Positions 18,470 to 27,763 of a DNA stretch of 38,612 nt are shown piece by piece; position 1 is the first letter of the stretch; every line of letters starts with the position of its first letter. A program made the translations under genes and the position numbers. The notes beneath the pieces are model-generated. The model was given only the letters and a program-made list of their open reading frames with translations. It was not told the DNA's origin and ran no database searches. Where the stretch lies: the NCBI GenBank assembly GCA_016788025.1, contig JAEUTM010000550.1, forward strand, positions 1 to 38,612. Direction: 5' to 3'. Origin of the DNA: Bacteroidia bacterium. Its GTDB lineage: Bacteria > Bacteroidota > Bacteroidia > B-17B0 > Aurantibacillaceae.

Positions 18470-19601
18470 TGCAAAATTTATTATCGTTTTTGTTTGTATG
18501 GCTTTCCTCACTGCCTGCGACTCTCCTAAGGTAAATGAAAGTTCACAAGAACAAGGCCAGTCAGAAACCGGTTTAAAATATGCAAAACGATTCTCTGTGG
18601 TCCATCACGTTAACTACGATGTGTTATATCTCTTTGGAAACAGGAAAAACCATGATACGACTTCCGTTTTTATGATCAGTTCTGATTCGTTGCCTAAAGA
18701 GGTAATCATAAAAAACGCCGTATGGATTAAAAGCCCGTGTAACAGAATTGCTTCGCTGAGCAGCATTTATTCGGCTATGTTTTGCGAACTCAACAGCGCC
18801 GATAGGATTGTTGCCATTGACAACATTGATTATGTAAATGAACAGCAGATTATTTCAAAGTTCAAAAGAGGCGAGTTAAAGGAATTGGCCCGTGGCCCCC
18901 AGATAGACCTGGAAAAAACAGTCGCTTTGAATCCAGACATCATATTTACCTTTGGTATGGGAGACTGGGAAAAGGATCTGGATGAAAAATTGCGACGTAC
19001 AAGGATTCCAGTTGCGATCAGCATCGATCATCTTGAAGAAACGCCGCTGGCACGTGCGGAATGGATTAAATTTTTTGCACTCTTTGTGAATAAAAAGGAA
19101 AAGGCAGATTCGATTTTTAATGAGGTAGAGCGCTCTTATCTGAGTTTAAAATCGCAAGCCGACTCTGCAAAAGAAAAACCAACAGTGTTTAGCGAAATAA
19201 AATACAGCGACGCCTGGTACCTTCCCGGAGGAAAAAGTTATGTTGCTACCCTGTTTAATGACGCGGCTGCAGATTATTTGTGGAAAAATGAAACACAGTC
19301 GGGTAGTTTGCCTTTGAGCTTCGAACAAGTTTATGCAAGGGCAAAAGATGCTGATTATTGGATCAATCTTTCAACAGTTAAAACAAAAAAGGAACTACTT
19401 AGTTACGAGCCAAGGTATACAGAATTTAAGGCCTTTAAAACGGGGAATCTTTTTAATAATACAAAGCACACAAATAGTTTTGGTTATAGCGACTACTGGG
19501 AAACGGGAATGATTCACCCTGAAAGAATATTGAGCGATCTTATTGGCATCTTTCATCCGGCCAAACGAAAAGAGTTTTATTATTACGAACAAATAAATTG
19601 A
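18462..19601 (+). CDS. ABC transporter substrate-binding lipoprotein (BtuF / iron-complex type)
   Basis: Lipobox LTAC, LKYAKRF, ETPLARAEWIKF, PGGKSY and DYWETG. ATG at 18462 overlaps the kinase stop. Confidence 0.85.
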   Translation: MYSAKFIIVFVCMAFLTACDSPKVNESSQEQGQSETGLKYAKRFSVVHHVNYDVLYLFGNRKNHDTTSVFMISSDSLPKEVIIKNAVWIKSPCNRIASLSSIYSAMFCELNSADRIVAIDNIDYVNEQQIISKFKRGELKELARGPQIDLEKTVALNPDIIFTFGMGDWEKDLDEKLRRTRIPVAISIDHLEETPLARAEWIKFFALFVNKKEKADSIFNEVERSYLSLKSQADSAKEKPTVFSEIKYSDAWYLPGGKSYVATLFNDAAADYLWKNETQSGSLPLSFEQVYARAKDADYWINLSTVKTKKELLSYEPRYTEFKAFKTGNLFNNTKHTNSFGYSDYWETGMIHPERILSDLIGIFHPAKRKEFYYYEQIN

Positions 19602-20584
19602 TCCAAAGCAACACTATAAAATTTACTGGTCTTGTGTTACTGTTCCTTCTGTGTACGGTGTTGAGTTTATTTTATGGCGGTAGTGAAACGATCAGATTTT
19701 CGGACCTGAACAGTTCGAATTTTATTTTTTCGCAGATTCGTTTTCCCAAAACAATTACAGCGATTATCGCCGGAGCAACGCTTGCAGCATCGGGGCTGGT
19801 TTTGCAGGTTATGTTCCGGAATCCTCTCGCGGGTCCTTATGTTTTAGGAATCAGTTCAGGGGCGTCTTTGTCAGTCGCACTTTGCCTGCTTGCTGGTTCA
19901 ACTCTGATAAACGCACCAGGGTATTTTTTGGGAAAAGGAGTAATAGTTCTGGCGGCAATTACCGGTAGCGTGCTGGTAACCATACTCATTCTAATCGTAT
20001 CAAAAAAGGTAAGCAGCAATGTGGTATTGTTATTGATTGGAATTATGTTCTCACAGATCTGCGGCGCTATCCAGGCAGCTTTAGAATATTTTTCAGATCC
20101 AAATAACCTTAAGAGCTTCGTCATTTGGGGAATGGGATCACTTGCCAATACCACATCCGGAGACCTTAAACTGTTTTTACCGCTTTCCGTACTTGCTTTG
20201 TTGGCACTGACTTTTTTTATAAAACCACTAAACGCTATGTTACTGGGCGAAAATTATGCACAGAACGTTGGGGTGAATTATAAGGGAGCGCGATTCTGGC
20301 TTATTTTAATTTCTTCTGTCCTTACCGGTTTAACAACAGCATTTTGCGGCCCACTGGCTTTTGTTGGAATTGCGGTGCCAATTCTTTCCCGAATGCTGTT
20401 TAACACCTCGCGACAGCAAATCCATTTGATTTCGTGTCTGTTGATTGGAAGCATCGTTCTTCTTATTTCTGATGCTTTATGCCATTCTGGTTTTGAAAAT
20501 GTTTCTCTGCCTATTAACATGGTAACAACTTTTATCGGGGCACCGTTGGTTATTTATTTAATGTTTAAAAACAAAAGTTGGTAA
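19598..20584 (+). CDS. FecCD/BtuC-family ABC permease
   Basis: IRFPK, FRNPLAGPYVLGISSGA, LLGENYA and AFCGPLAFVG. Confidence 0.9.
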   Translation: MIQSNTIKFTGLVLLFLLCTVLSLFYGGSETIRFSDLNSSNFIFSQIRFPKTITAIIAGATLAASGLVLQVMFRNPLAGPYVLGISSGASLSVALCLLAGSTLINAPGYFLGKGVIVLAAITGSVLVTILILIVSKKVSSNVVLLLIGIMFSQICGAIQAALEYFSDPNNLKSFVIWGMGSLANTTSGDLKLFLPLSVLALLALTFFIKPLNAMLLGENYAQNVGVNYKGARFWLILISSVLTGLTTAFCGPLAFVGIAVPILSRMLFNTSRQQIHLISCLLIGSIVLLISDALCHSGFENVSLPINMVTTFIGAPLVIYLMFKNKSW

Positions 20585-21324
20585 TGCAAGAGGAACCAGG
20601 CATATTTATTAAAAATGCTACTCTTGGATACGAGTCATCGCAGGCTTCTGCAAAGATATTGACCAATGTGAATCTTCAGTTCTTTTCAGGGGAGCTCGTT
20701 GGTATTATTGGTTTGAACGGAGTAGGTAAATCTACCTTGCTAAAAAGTATTTGCGGCTTGCAGCCCAGTCTTGAAGGCTACATTTATATTCGTGGCAGGA
20801 ACATCAGGGAGATATCACTTTCTGAGATTGCGAGATTGGTTTCTGTGGTGCTGACAGACAAGGTAGCGGGTTTTAACTTGACAACTTTCGACCTGGTGGC
20901 TGCAGGGCAAATGCCTTACACAAATTCATTTCATCAGCTAACAGATAAAAACCACAGGATAATTAACCAGGCCCTTGAAATTTGCGGGATAGAGGAATAC
21001 AAGGGCAAATTATTACACGAACTGAGCGACGGGCTCTTTCAAAAAGCAAGTATAGCACGGGCCATTGCGCAACAAACCCCGGTTATGTTATTAGATGAAC
21101 CAACCGCTTTTCTTGATTTTGCATCTAAACATAAACTTTTTCTTTTGCTGAGAGAATTAACCCGTGAAGGGAAAACGATCCTGGTAAGCTCTCACGACCT
21201 GGATCTGGTTAGCAGGTATTGCGATAAAGTTTTGATAGTGGATGGTCACAGCCAGACCCTCCTGAAAGTGACTGAACTGGCCGAACACCCCGCGTTTAAA
21301 AAGATAACAGGAGGGTATCTTTAA
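20584..21324 (+). CDS. ABC transporter ATP-binding protein (BtuD/FecE-like)
   Basis: Walker A GLNGVGKST, signature LSDG, LLDEPTAFLD and SSHD. ATG at 20584 lies in a TAATG overlap. Confidence 0.9.
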   Translation: MQEEPGIFIKNATLGYESSQASAKILTNVNLQFFSGELVGIIGLNGVGKSTLLKSICGLQPSLEGYIYIRGRNIREISLSEIARLVSVVLTDKVAGFNLTTFDLVAAGQMPYTNSFHQLTDKNHRIINQALEICGIEEYKGKLLHELSDGLFQKASIARAIAQQTPVMLLDEPTAFLDFASKHKLFLLLRELTREGKTILVSSHDLDLVSRYCDKVLIVDGHSQTLLKVTELAEHPAFKKITGGYL

Positions 21325-21383
21325 ACCGAGCGGGATTTTTTTAAACATTTATAAAAAGTCTGTTTTTTTATCTGCTTTAAGTA

Positions 21384-21391
21384 TAATTTTG
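21384..21391 (+). promoter_or_regulatory. Housekeeping -7 element (TAATTTTG) upstream of SET-pth-holB
   Basis: TAnnTTTG match 24 nt upstream of ATG 21416. Confidence 0.55.
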
Positions 21392-21415
21392 TCGCCGTTA
21401 CTGAACTTTTTATAT

Positions 21416-21835
21416 ATGTCATTTATAGTTAAAGATTCCCAATTGCCAGGCGCAGGAAAAGGCCTCTTCACACAGAAACCCATTAAAAAGGACGCGAAGA
21501 TTATTGAATATAAAGGTGAAATTATTGATTGGAAAGAATATGAGAAGCGTGTAAGCGAAGACAAGGATGGTTATCTTTTCTTTATTAATAAAAGCAGGTG
21601 TATTGACGCCTATTCAACACCCAGATTTAAGGCGCGGTATGCTAATGATGCCATGGGCCTGAGACGTGTAAAAGGGCTGAAAAATAATGCGACTTACCAG
21701 GTGTTTGGTGAACGTTGTTTTATTGTGGCGGAAAGAGATATCGAAGCAGGAGAGGAGATCTTTGTTGACTACACAAAAGAGTATTGGGATTGTATCCGAT
21801 ACAACATTAAACATAAGTTGTACAAGACCAAATAA
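21416..21835 (+). CDS. SET-domain protein (putative lysine methyltransferase)
   Basis: SQLPGAGKGLF, IIEYKGE, ARYAND and IEAGEEIFVDY. ATG 21416 is preferred to TTG 21389, which overlaps the promoter element. Confidence 0.85.
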   Translation: MSFIVKDSQLPGAGKGLFTQKPIKKDAKIIEYKGEIIDWKEYEKRVSEDKDGYLFFINKSRCIDAYSTPRFKARYANDAMGLRRVKGLKNNATYQVFGERCFIVAERDIEAGEEIFVDYTKEYWDCIRYNIKHKLYKTK

Positions 21836-21852
21836 TACAAAATTTACATACC

Positions 21853-22419
21853 ATGTCTAAGTTTCTGATAGTTTGCCTGGGGAATATAGGGGAGGAATAT
21901 GCAGAAACAAGGCACAACATTGGGTTTAAGGTAGCCGACAGGCTGGCGCTTGATGCAGGTGTTAAGTTTTCTTCTGGTCGCTATGCCGACGTAGCGGAGG
22001 TTAAACATAAAGGTAAGACCCTTATTGTTATTAAACCCACCACTTATATGAACCTGAGCGGTAAGGCGATGAACTACTGGCTTCAGGCTGAAAAAATCCC
22101 GATAGACCATAGTTTGGTAATTGTAGACGAGCTCGCGCTTCCATTTGGAAAAATACGACTTGGACCAAAAGGCAGTGATGGCGGACACAATGGATTAAAA
22201 AATATCCAGGAAGTTTTAAATACAAAAGACTATCCGAGACTGCGATTCGGGATCCACAATCAGTTTAATAAAGGCGGACAGGTGGATTACGTGTTGGGGA
22301 AATGGAACGAAGAGGAATTAAAGACTCTTAATGACAGGATTAAGCTGGCTGCGGACGCGGTGAAAGCTTTTGCATTTATTGGGTTGGAACGTTGTATGAA
22401 TGAATTCAACAACAAATAA
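21853..22419 (+). CDS. pth: Peptidyl-tRNA hydrolase
   Basis: LGNIGEEYAETRHNIGF, KPTTYMNLSG, GGHNGLK, RLRFGI and VDYVLG. Confidence 0.96.
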   Translation: MSKFLIVCLGNIGEEYAETRHNIGFKVADRLALDAGVKFSSGRYADVAEVKHKGKTLIVIKPTTYMNLSGKAMNYWLQAEKIPIDHSLVIVDELALPFGKIRLGPKGSDGGHNGLKNIQEVLNTKDYPRLRFGIHNQFNKGGQVDYVLGKWNEEELKTLNDRIKLAADAVKAFAFIGLERCMNEFNNK

Positions 22420-22437
22420 TCATTGTAATATTAAAAC

Positions 22438-23559
22438 ATGCTTTACGAAAATATAGTCGGACAACCAGAAGCCAAGAGCCGTTTGATTAAAATGGTTAAA
22501 GAGGAGAGGGTTCCGCACGCGTTATTGTTTTCGGGGCGCGAAGGATGTGGTAATCTGCCCGCAGCTTTGGCTTTCGCACAGCACCTTTATTGCACTGATA
22601 AAAAAGAAAATGGCTCCTGCGGTGTTTGTGCGTCTTGTAGCAAAGTATCGAAACTTGTGCATCCTGATCTTCATCTTGTTTTTCCTATTGCCAAGAGCAA
22701 GGATGTTAAAAGCAGTGACGATCTGATGAAAGAGTTCAGGGAAGCTTTTTTGGCTAACCCTTATTTAAACCTCAACGATTGGTTTAACGAAATAAGCGCA
22801 GAAAATAAACAGCCTATCATTCCGGTAGAAGAAGCAAACGACATTCTAAGAAAGTTAAGCTACACCAGCTATGAAGGTTCTTACAAGATGATGCTTATCT
22901 GGGAGCCGGAAAAAATGAACGCAGAAGCTGCTAATAAGCTACTCAAGATCCTGGAAGAGCCGCCTGAGCAAACTATTTTTATTCTGGTATCCAATAATCC
23001 TGAACAATTGCTCGCTACTATTTTTTCACGTGTACAGCAAATTCCTTTTTATTCTATATCTGAGGCCGATATTTCGACTGCACTTGTTGAACGTTTCAAA
23101 ATAAATTCGGAAGTGGCTAAGCAAACAGCTATTCTTGCTAACGGAAGCTATTCTGAGGCGCTTCATTTGATTTCCCAAAACGAGGAAAGCGTTTCTTTTC
23201 TTACGAATTTTCAGGCCTTTATGCGCCTTGCACTCAAATTCGACTGCTCGAAGGCTTTGTCCTGGATTGATGACAATGCAACAATTGGCCGTGAAAAGCA
23301 AAAACAATTTTTGCAGTATGGGCTTGAAGTGTTTCGCGACAGTCTTATGTATAATTTTGGCGACCGGAACCTTGTCAGGTTAAGCGGACAGGAAAAACAG
23401 TTCCTGGAGAAATTTGCACCATTTGTAAATCAAAAAAATTATGAAAGACTTGTGGAAGAGTTTAATTCCAATTACTACTATGTAGAAAGGAATGCAAATC
23501 CAAAAATCCTTTTTATGGATCTTCTTCTGAAGACCAATGAACTAATCAATCTCAAATAA
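22438..23559 (+). CDS. holB: DNA polymerase III subunit delta'
   Basis: HALLFSG, Zn cluster C...CGVCASC, HPDLH, AANKLLKILEEPP and TIFSR. Confidence 0.9.
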   Translation: MLYENIVGQPEAKSRLIKMVKEERVPHALLFSGREGCGNLPAALAFAQHLYCTDKKENGSCGVCASCSKVSKLVHPDLHLVFPIAKSKDVKSSDDLMKEFREAFLANPYLNLNDWFNEISAENKQPIIPVEEANDILRKLSYTSYEGSYKMMLIWEPEKMNAEAANKLLKILEEPPEQTIFILVSNNPEQLLATIFSRVQQIPFYSISEADISTALVERFKINSEVAKQTAILANGSYSEALHLISQNEESVSFLTNFQAFMRLALKFDCSKALSWIDDNATIGREKQKQFLQYGLEVFRDSLMYNFGDRNLVRLSGQEKQFLEKFAPFVNQKNYERLVEEFNSNYYYVERNANPKILFMDLLLKTNELINLK

Positions 23560-23656
23560 AAAAGCCGCCTCACACACAGGCAGCTTTTTCGCGAGGATTA
23601 AACCTCATTTAATTAAAACAACTATAAACTACAACCGCATAAGCGGCGTCTATTCA
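23557..23656 (-). ncRNA. Candidate ECF-sigma-dependent small RNA (~100 nt; ends approximate)
   Basis: Lies between a repeat of the sigma-upstream motif (23663-23689) and an intrinsic terminator. Two internal hairpins (CCGC-UUAU-GCGG; GAGG-UUUAAU-CCUC) flank a single-stranded U/G-rich tract. No family recognised. Confidence 0.5.
23559..23589 (-). terminator. Intrinsic terminator, probably bidirectional (holB versus the PKD/sRNA unit)
   Basis: - strand AAAAAGCTGCCT-GTGTGTG-AGGCGGCTTTTT, fully paired with one G-U on the - strand (a C-A mismatch on +). Confidence 0.8.
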
Positions 23657-23662
23657 TCTATA

Positions 23663-23689
23663 TACAAGTTAAATGAGAAAATAGTTGGG
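23663..23689 (-). promoter_or_regulatory. Putative ECF sigma promoter, copy 2 (CCCAACT-N16-TGTA)
   Basis: Same boxes and spacing as 29981-30007. Begins 3 nt after the PKD gene stop codon. Confidence 0.6.
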
Positions 23690-23692
23690 ATT

Positions 23693-26632
23693 TTAACGTT
23701 GGATAACAATTCTTTTAGTGATTTCCCGGTTTCCGTTCCTGAGTTTAAGCAGATAGACTCCCGAAATCTGACTTTCCAGGTCAATAATTTTGGAAAGGTT
23801 TGTGCTAAACGTGTTAAACGTTTCTGTATAGATACAAGACCCAAGAAGATTGTAGATCGCAATATCTGTTTGTTCCGGCGAGAGACCATTCACAGAGATC
23901 GTAAATCTGCCATTGTTGGGATTTGGATAAGCTGAATAACCTGTGTTAAGCACCTCTTCATTAACCCGCAACGAAAGCGCAGGCGGAATCACATTTACAT
24001 TCACAATTCCTGAGGTTTCTTCAGATCCTTTACTCAGGAGTTGGTTCATACAAAAGGACGAAACTGACCCGCAGGAAGCAGTCACAGTGAGACATATGGA
24101 GTAAGTGCCTGAAGCCGAATACTGGTGTGAAGTATAAAGTGTATTACTGGTGTCGCCATCGCCCCAAGTCCAGCTTGCAGCACTTAAATTCCAGGGATAG
24201 TCGGGAATAGCGAACCAGTATCCAGCGCTGTTGGTTGGGATGAGTGTAAAATTAGATATCGCACTACATGGAATCCCAGTAACATTAATATACTGTGCGA
24301 GACTGTCGTGGCAAATTGGAGTAATAGTGTCCTTTATTGTTAACGACACGAGATAACTTCCCGCATTACTGTAGTTATGAATTGGATTCGTTGCATAAGA
24401 AATCACACCGTCTCCAAAGTTCCAGTAATTTTTAGCATAAGCCTGGTTATTATACGTAGACGTGTTGCTGAAATTTACAGAACCGTTTAAACCCAGAGTG
24501 TGCGAAAAATTTGCAAGCATATTACAGGTATAGCTTGTCGTTACAAACAAGGTATAGCTGCTAGTACAAACTGGCCAGCCACTGGCATTACTCGCAAACA
24601 AATGCACTTGATATTGACCCATTGTACTGTAGGTGTGAACGGGTTGAAAGCTGTTAGAAAAGGTCCCGTCGCCAAAATCCCATGTATAAGATGTTGAAGC
24701 CACCGTTCCGGTTGTGGTGTTCGTAAATGAAAAAGTATTTGTGCTTACAAGAATCGCTAAAAAGTCCGCATTAAGATTGCAAGGCGTACCGGGTACCAAT
24801 ACAGTTTGACTATTTGAAGATGAACAGCCTCCTGGACTAGTGAGAATATGAAGGGTGACTGTGTAAATGCCTGGAGCAGGATAAGTATAATTAGAAGAAA
24901 CGCTGCCAGCAAGCGAAGTCCCAGTGCCATAATCCCAGGTATAAGTGGTTGAAGACCCGGCGCCAGAAGATGTGCTGAGAAACGAAACATTCCCATTGGA
25001 ATTTGCTGCATAAGTAAAGCTGGCGTTACAGGTGCCGGAATTGACGATAGTAACAGTATGCATCACAGAATCAATGCATCCAAAACCGCTGTTTGCAATC
25101 AGTTTAACTGTAAAGGTGCCATTGGCAGAATAAAGATGAGAAGTACTGGTTCCGCTACCTATGGCCGAGTTATCTCCGTAGTCCCACGAATAAGTGGTTA
25201 AGGTATTTGCACCGGTACTGGTGCTTGAAAATGAATACAAACCAACGGCACCCGGCGTACTTATAAAATTGGCATCAATGGTACATGTAGGATTTACAGG
25301 AGCACTAATGGCCAGGGAACAAAAAGGAGCGCTGCTCGCTATCCCATACATAACCTGGTAAACCGCATTGGATGTATACGTGTTACTTACAACAAACGAA
25401 TTTGTTCCCTGCGCGGAATTGCCGTCTCCGAAATACCAATAATGGAAAGTGTTGGTGTTGCTTGGACTTGCGGTACCGGTAAAGTTTACCACACTGCTAG
25501 TGGTTTGTGAAACAGCATTAAAGTTCAGGGAACATACGCTGACACTTAAAGCAAATGACGAGGTGCACGACGCGATAAATGGATTGCTCGCAATAAGCTG
25601 GACCGTGTACAACCCAGTGGATGAATAAGTATGGATGGAAGGAAATGTATTGGATGTGGCTCCGTCGCCATAATTTACAGTATAAGATGTGCCGGAATAC
25701 ACTCCCTGCGAAGTGTTTTGAAGACTAATGCCTCCATTGATCTGAGTATAGTTAAAACCTGCCTGGAGATTACAGCCAGCGGAAGTATAAGTGCTGACAA
25801 CTAAAGTTTTGGTAACGGAACCAGAATACGGCGGATTTGTGGCATTAGTAATCTGGAGGGTTACTGGGTAGGCACCATTTGAGGTGTACATTACAACTGC
25901 ACTTGGAGTTCCGGTTACAGTATAGTTGGGCTGACCATTGCCGTAATTCCAATCGTAATCAGTAAATGTGCCCGCAGGAGCAGAAATACTTGTGAGTGTA
26001 AATATGCCAGAGCCGGATGGTGTGTTTGTAAAATTTACTAAACCTGCAACAACCGGCATAACTGTACTTTGAATACAGCCTTGCGTAGTATTATTTATTG
26101 CAGTTAGATAAACTAAATATGCACCAGGAGTAGTATATGTATGCGATGTTGCAGAACCTACACCCGTGGTGCCGTCTCCGTAATTCCAACTGTATGTTGT
26201 AGAACCCGTTGTGCCGGTGGAATTATTTATGTAGGTGTTTACAAGATTATTACCCTGTGAGTATCCAAATTGAGGCACAATCCCGCAGGTACCTCCGGTA
26301 AGAGAATTCACCATGATATTTGTAGTCATGGTATCTATACAACTTCCAGAGAAATAAGTCAGACTCACAGGGTAAACACCGTTTAATGTGTATGATGTGA
26401 AGGCTGTAATGGTTCCTCCGGAAGTAATGCTGGAACTACCGTTTCCGAAAGCCCAGGTATAGGTGCTTCCAGAAGTAGTAGGAGAGGAAGTGCTTAGAAA
26501 TGTGGCATTGCCATTTGCAGCCAGCGTGTACACAAAAGAAGCATTGCATTGCGCAAGCCCCGTTTTAACGCATACCGTTAGGAGTAACGATACAAATATC
26601 TTAATGCTCTTCTGTAAAGCCCGGAATTTCAT
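23693..26632 (-). CDS. Poly-PKD-domain T9SS cargo protein
   Basis: Signal peptide (GLAQ), about 10 PKD units (C-x-A-x-F...F-x-x-TS...Y-x-W-x-FGDG...H-x-Y...G-x-Y-x-V-x-L) and CTD AYPNPNNG...GVYLL...KRIVIQ. Confidence 0.88.
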   Translation of the reverse strand: MKFRALQKSIKIFVSLLLTVCVKTGLAQCNASFVYTLAANGNATFLSTSSPTTSGSTYTWAFGNGSSSITSGGTITAFTSYTLNGVYPVSLTYFSGSCIDTMTTNIMVNSLTGGTCGIVPQFGYSQGNNLVNTYINNSTGTTGSTTYSWNYGDGTTGVGSATSHTYTTPGAYLVYLTAINNTTQGCIQSTVMPVVAGLVNFTNTPSGSGIFTLTSISAPAGTFTDYDWNYGNGQPNYTVTGTPSAVVMYTSNGAYPVTLQITNATNPPYSGSVTKTLVVSTYTSAGCNLQAGFNYTQINGGISLQNTSQGVYSGTSYTVNYGDGATSNTFPSIHTYSSTGLYTVQLIASNPFIASCTSSFALSVSVCSLNFNAVSQTTSSVVNFTGTASPSNTNTFHYWYFGDGNSAQGTNSFVVSNTYTSNAVYQVMYGIASSAPFCSLAISAPVNPTCTIDANFISTPGAVGLYSFSSTSTGANTLTTYSWDYGDNSAIGSGTSTSHLYSANGTFTVKLIANSGFGCIDSVMHTVTIVNSGTCNASFTYAANSNGNVSFLSTSSGAGSSTTYTWDYGTGTSLAGSVSSNYTYPAPGIYTVTLHILTSPGGCSSSNSQTVLVPGTPCNLNADFLAILVSTNTFSFTNTTTGTVASTSYTWDFGDGTFSNSFQPVHTYSTMGQYQVHLFASNASGWPVCTSSYTLFVTTSYTCNMLANFSHTLGLNGSVNFSNTSTYNNQAYAKNYWNFGDGVISYATNPIHNYSNAGSYLVSLTIKDTITPICHDSLAQYINVTGIPCSAISNFTLIPTNSAGYWFAIPDYPWNLSAASWTWGDGDTSNTLYTSHQYSASGTYSICLTVTASCGSVSSFCMNQLLSKGSEETSGIVNVNVIPPALSLRVNEEVLNTGYSAYPNPNNGRFTISVNGLSPEQTDIAIYNLLGSCIYTETFNTFSTNLSKIIDLESQISGVYLLKLRNGNREITKRIVIQR

Positions 26633-26647
26633 ACTGTCAGTTCAATC

Positions 26648-27760
26648 TTATCTGTATGCAACACAAATAACTGTTTCAGCGTCGGTAAGTTTAATTACTT
26701 TGTTCCCATTATAAACCTTGCAGCTGAAACGAATCTGTAATTTCACAGTAGGCTGACCTTTCTCGTTCAGGCCTCCATTACTGATAGATGTCACTTCAAA
26801 ATAAGCATCATCTGATTGCTGCCCGGTGTTTGAAACATATTCCACGCCGCTCGCGTCTTTCCATGATACCGCCACATTTGACAAAGCAAGATTTGTTTGC
26901 ACAGGGCTAATGTTAGCAACAGAATAGTTCGTAGCGCAAGACGACATATCGTTTTGTGTAACTGCATTAAAATTCGCTCTGGCGGTATCATTTTTACTGT
27001 CAATTATCATAAGCGACACAGGATAACCGCCACGGTATTTATAGTTACATACAGGGTTAACGGCGGTAGAAGTGCTGCCATCACCAAAACTCCAGAAGTA
27101 TTTAAAAGGGGCGGTACCGCCCGAATAGCTGCTCGCAAACACGACTGTATTGCCATTGCTTGAAAGCACGCTGATGGAAGCTTTGAAAGGATTTCCTGAC
27201 TCGACACGCTGAACGTTGCAGATGGTGCTCATGCAACCGTTGTTGTTTCGGGTAGTTAAGCATACATTGTATTTGCCGGGCTTAATAAACGTATGTACAG
27301 GGTCTTTTTCTGTAGAAGTTGTTCCGTCACCAAAATTCCAGGCATACTCGTCGGATACTACAGACGATTTAAAATTAACCGAATATGAAAGTTCTTTTGC
27401 GCCGGCAAAGAAACCGTACTTTCCCATCTTGAATGAGGAGTCTGCGATCACCGGGGAGTTAAAAACGGAGGTTTTGTAATCGTTGATCTGGATTTTGAGA
27501 CTGTTGGTACAGTTATCGCAAGTGCTTTTTTTCAGTTCCCCGATAAAACCATAAACATTATTGGAATCCTGTTTGTACGAGGAGTACATATAATAATCGT
27601 CAATACCCGCCTGAAGCGTAAGAGGTAAATCGTTTACCTTCAACCTGGAGTAATACACGGGAGCATTCGTAATCACCACATCTTCCGGGTACTCCTTCTT
27701 CTTGCAGGACAAGCTCGTTATCAGAAGCGCAAATATTAAGCTATATGTGAGAAGCTTCAT
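26648..27760 (-). CDS. PKD-domain lipoprotein
   Basis: Lipobox SLSC-KKKE and two PKD units (WNFGDG, WSFGDG). Confidence 0.82.
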   Translation of the reverse strand: MKLLTYSLIFALLITSLSCKKKEYPEDVVITNAPVYYSRLKVNDLPLTLQAGIDDYYMYSSYKQDSNNVYGFIGELKKSTCDNCTNSLKIQINDYKTSVFNSPVIADSSFKMGKYGFFAGAKELSYSVNFKSSVVSDEYAWNFGDGTTSTEKDPVHTFIKPGKYNVCLTTRNNNGCMSTICNVQRVESGNPFKASISVLSSNGNTVVFASSYSGGTAPFKYFWSFGDGSTSTAVNPVCNYKYRGGYPVSLMIIDSKNDTARANFNAVTQNDMSSCATNYSVANISPVQTNLALSNVAVSWKDASGVEYVSNTGQQSDDAYFEVTSISNGGLNEKGQPTVKLQIRFSCKVYNGNKVIKLTDAETVICVAYR

Positions 27761-27763
27761 TAT

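Noticed and set aside
21022-21033. ABC signature LSDG instead of LSGG, as a sign of inactivation
   Set aside because: Walker A/B and the H-loop are intact, and I recall LSDG as a common variant in Bacteroidota BtuD-like ATPases.
23650-23889. 79-aa - strand ORF extending past the PKD stop
   Set aside because: Out-of-frame overlap with the T9SS CTD coding region, with no recognisable features.
25904-25930. Third CCCAACT on the - strand, inside the poly-PKD gene
   Set aside because: No TGTA at the 16-nt spacing (reads TCCA) and it is intragenic. My scan for other copies was by eye and not exhaustive.
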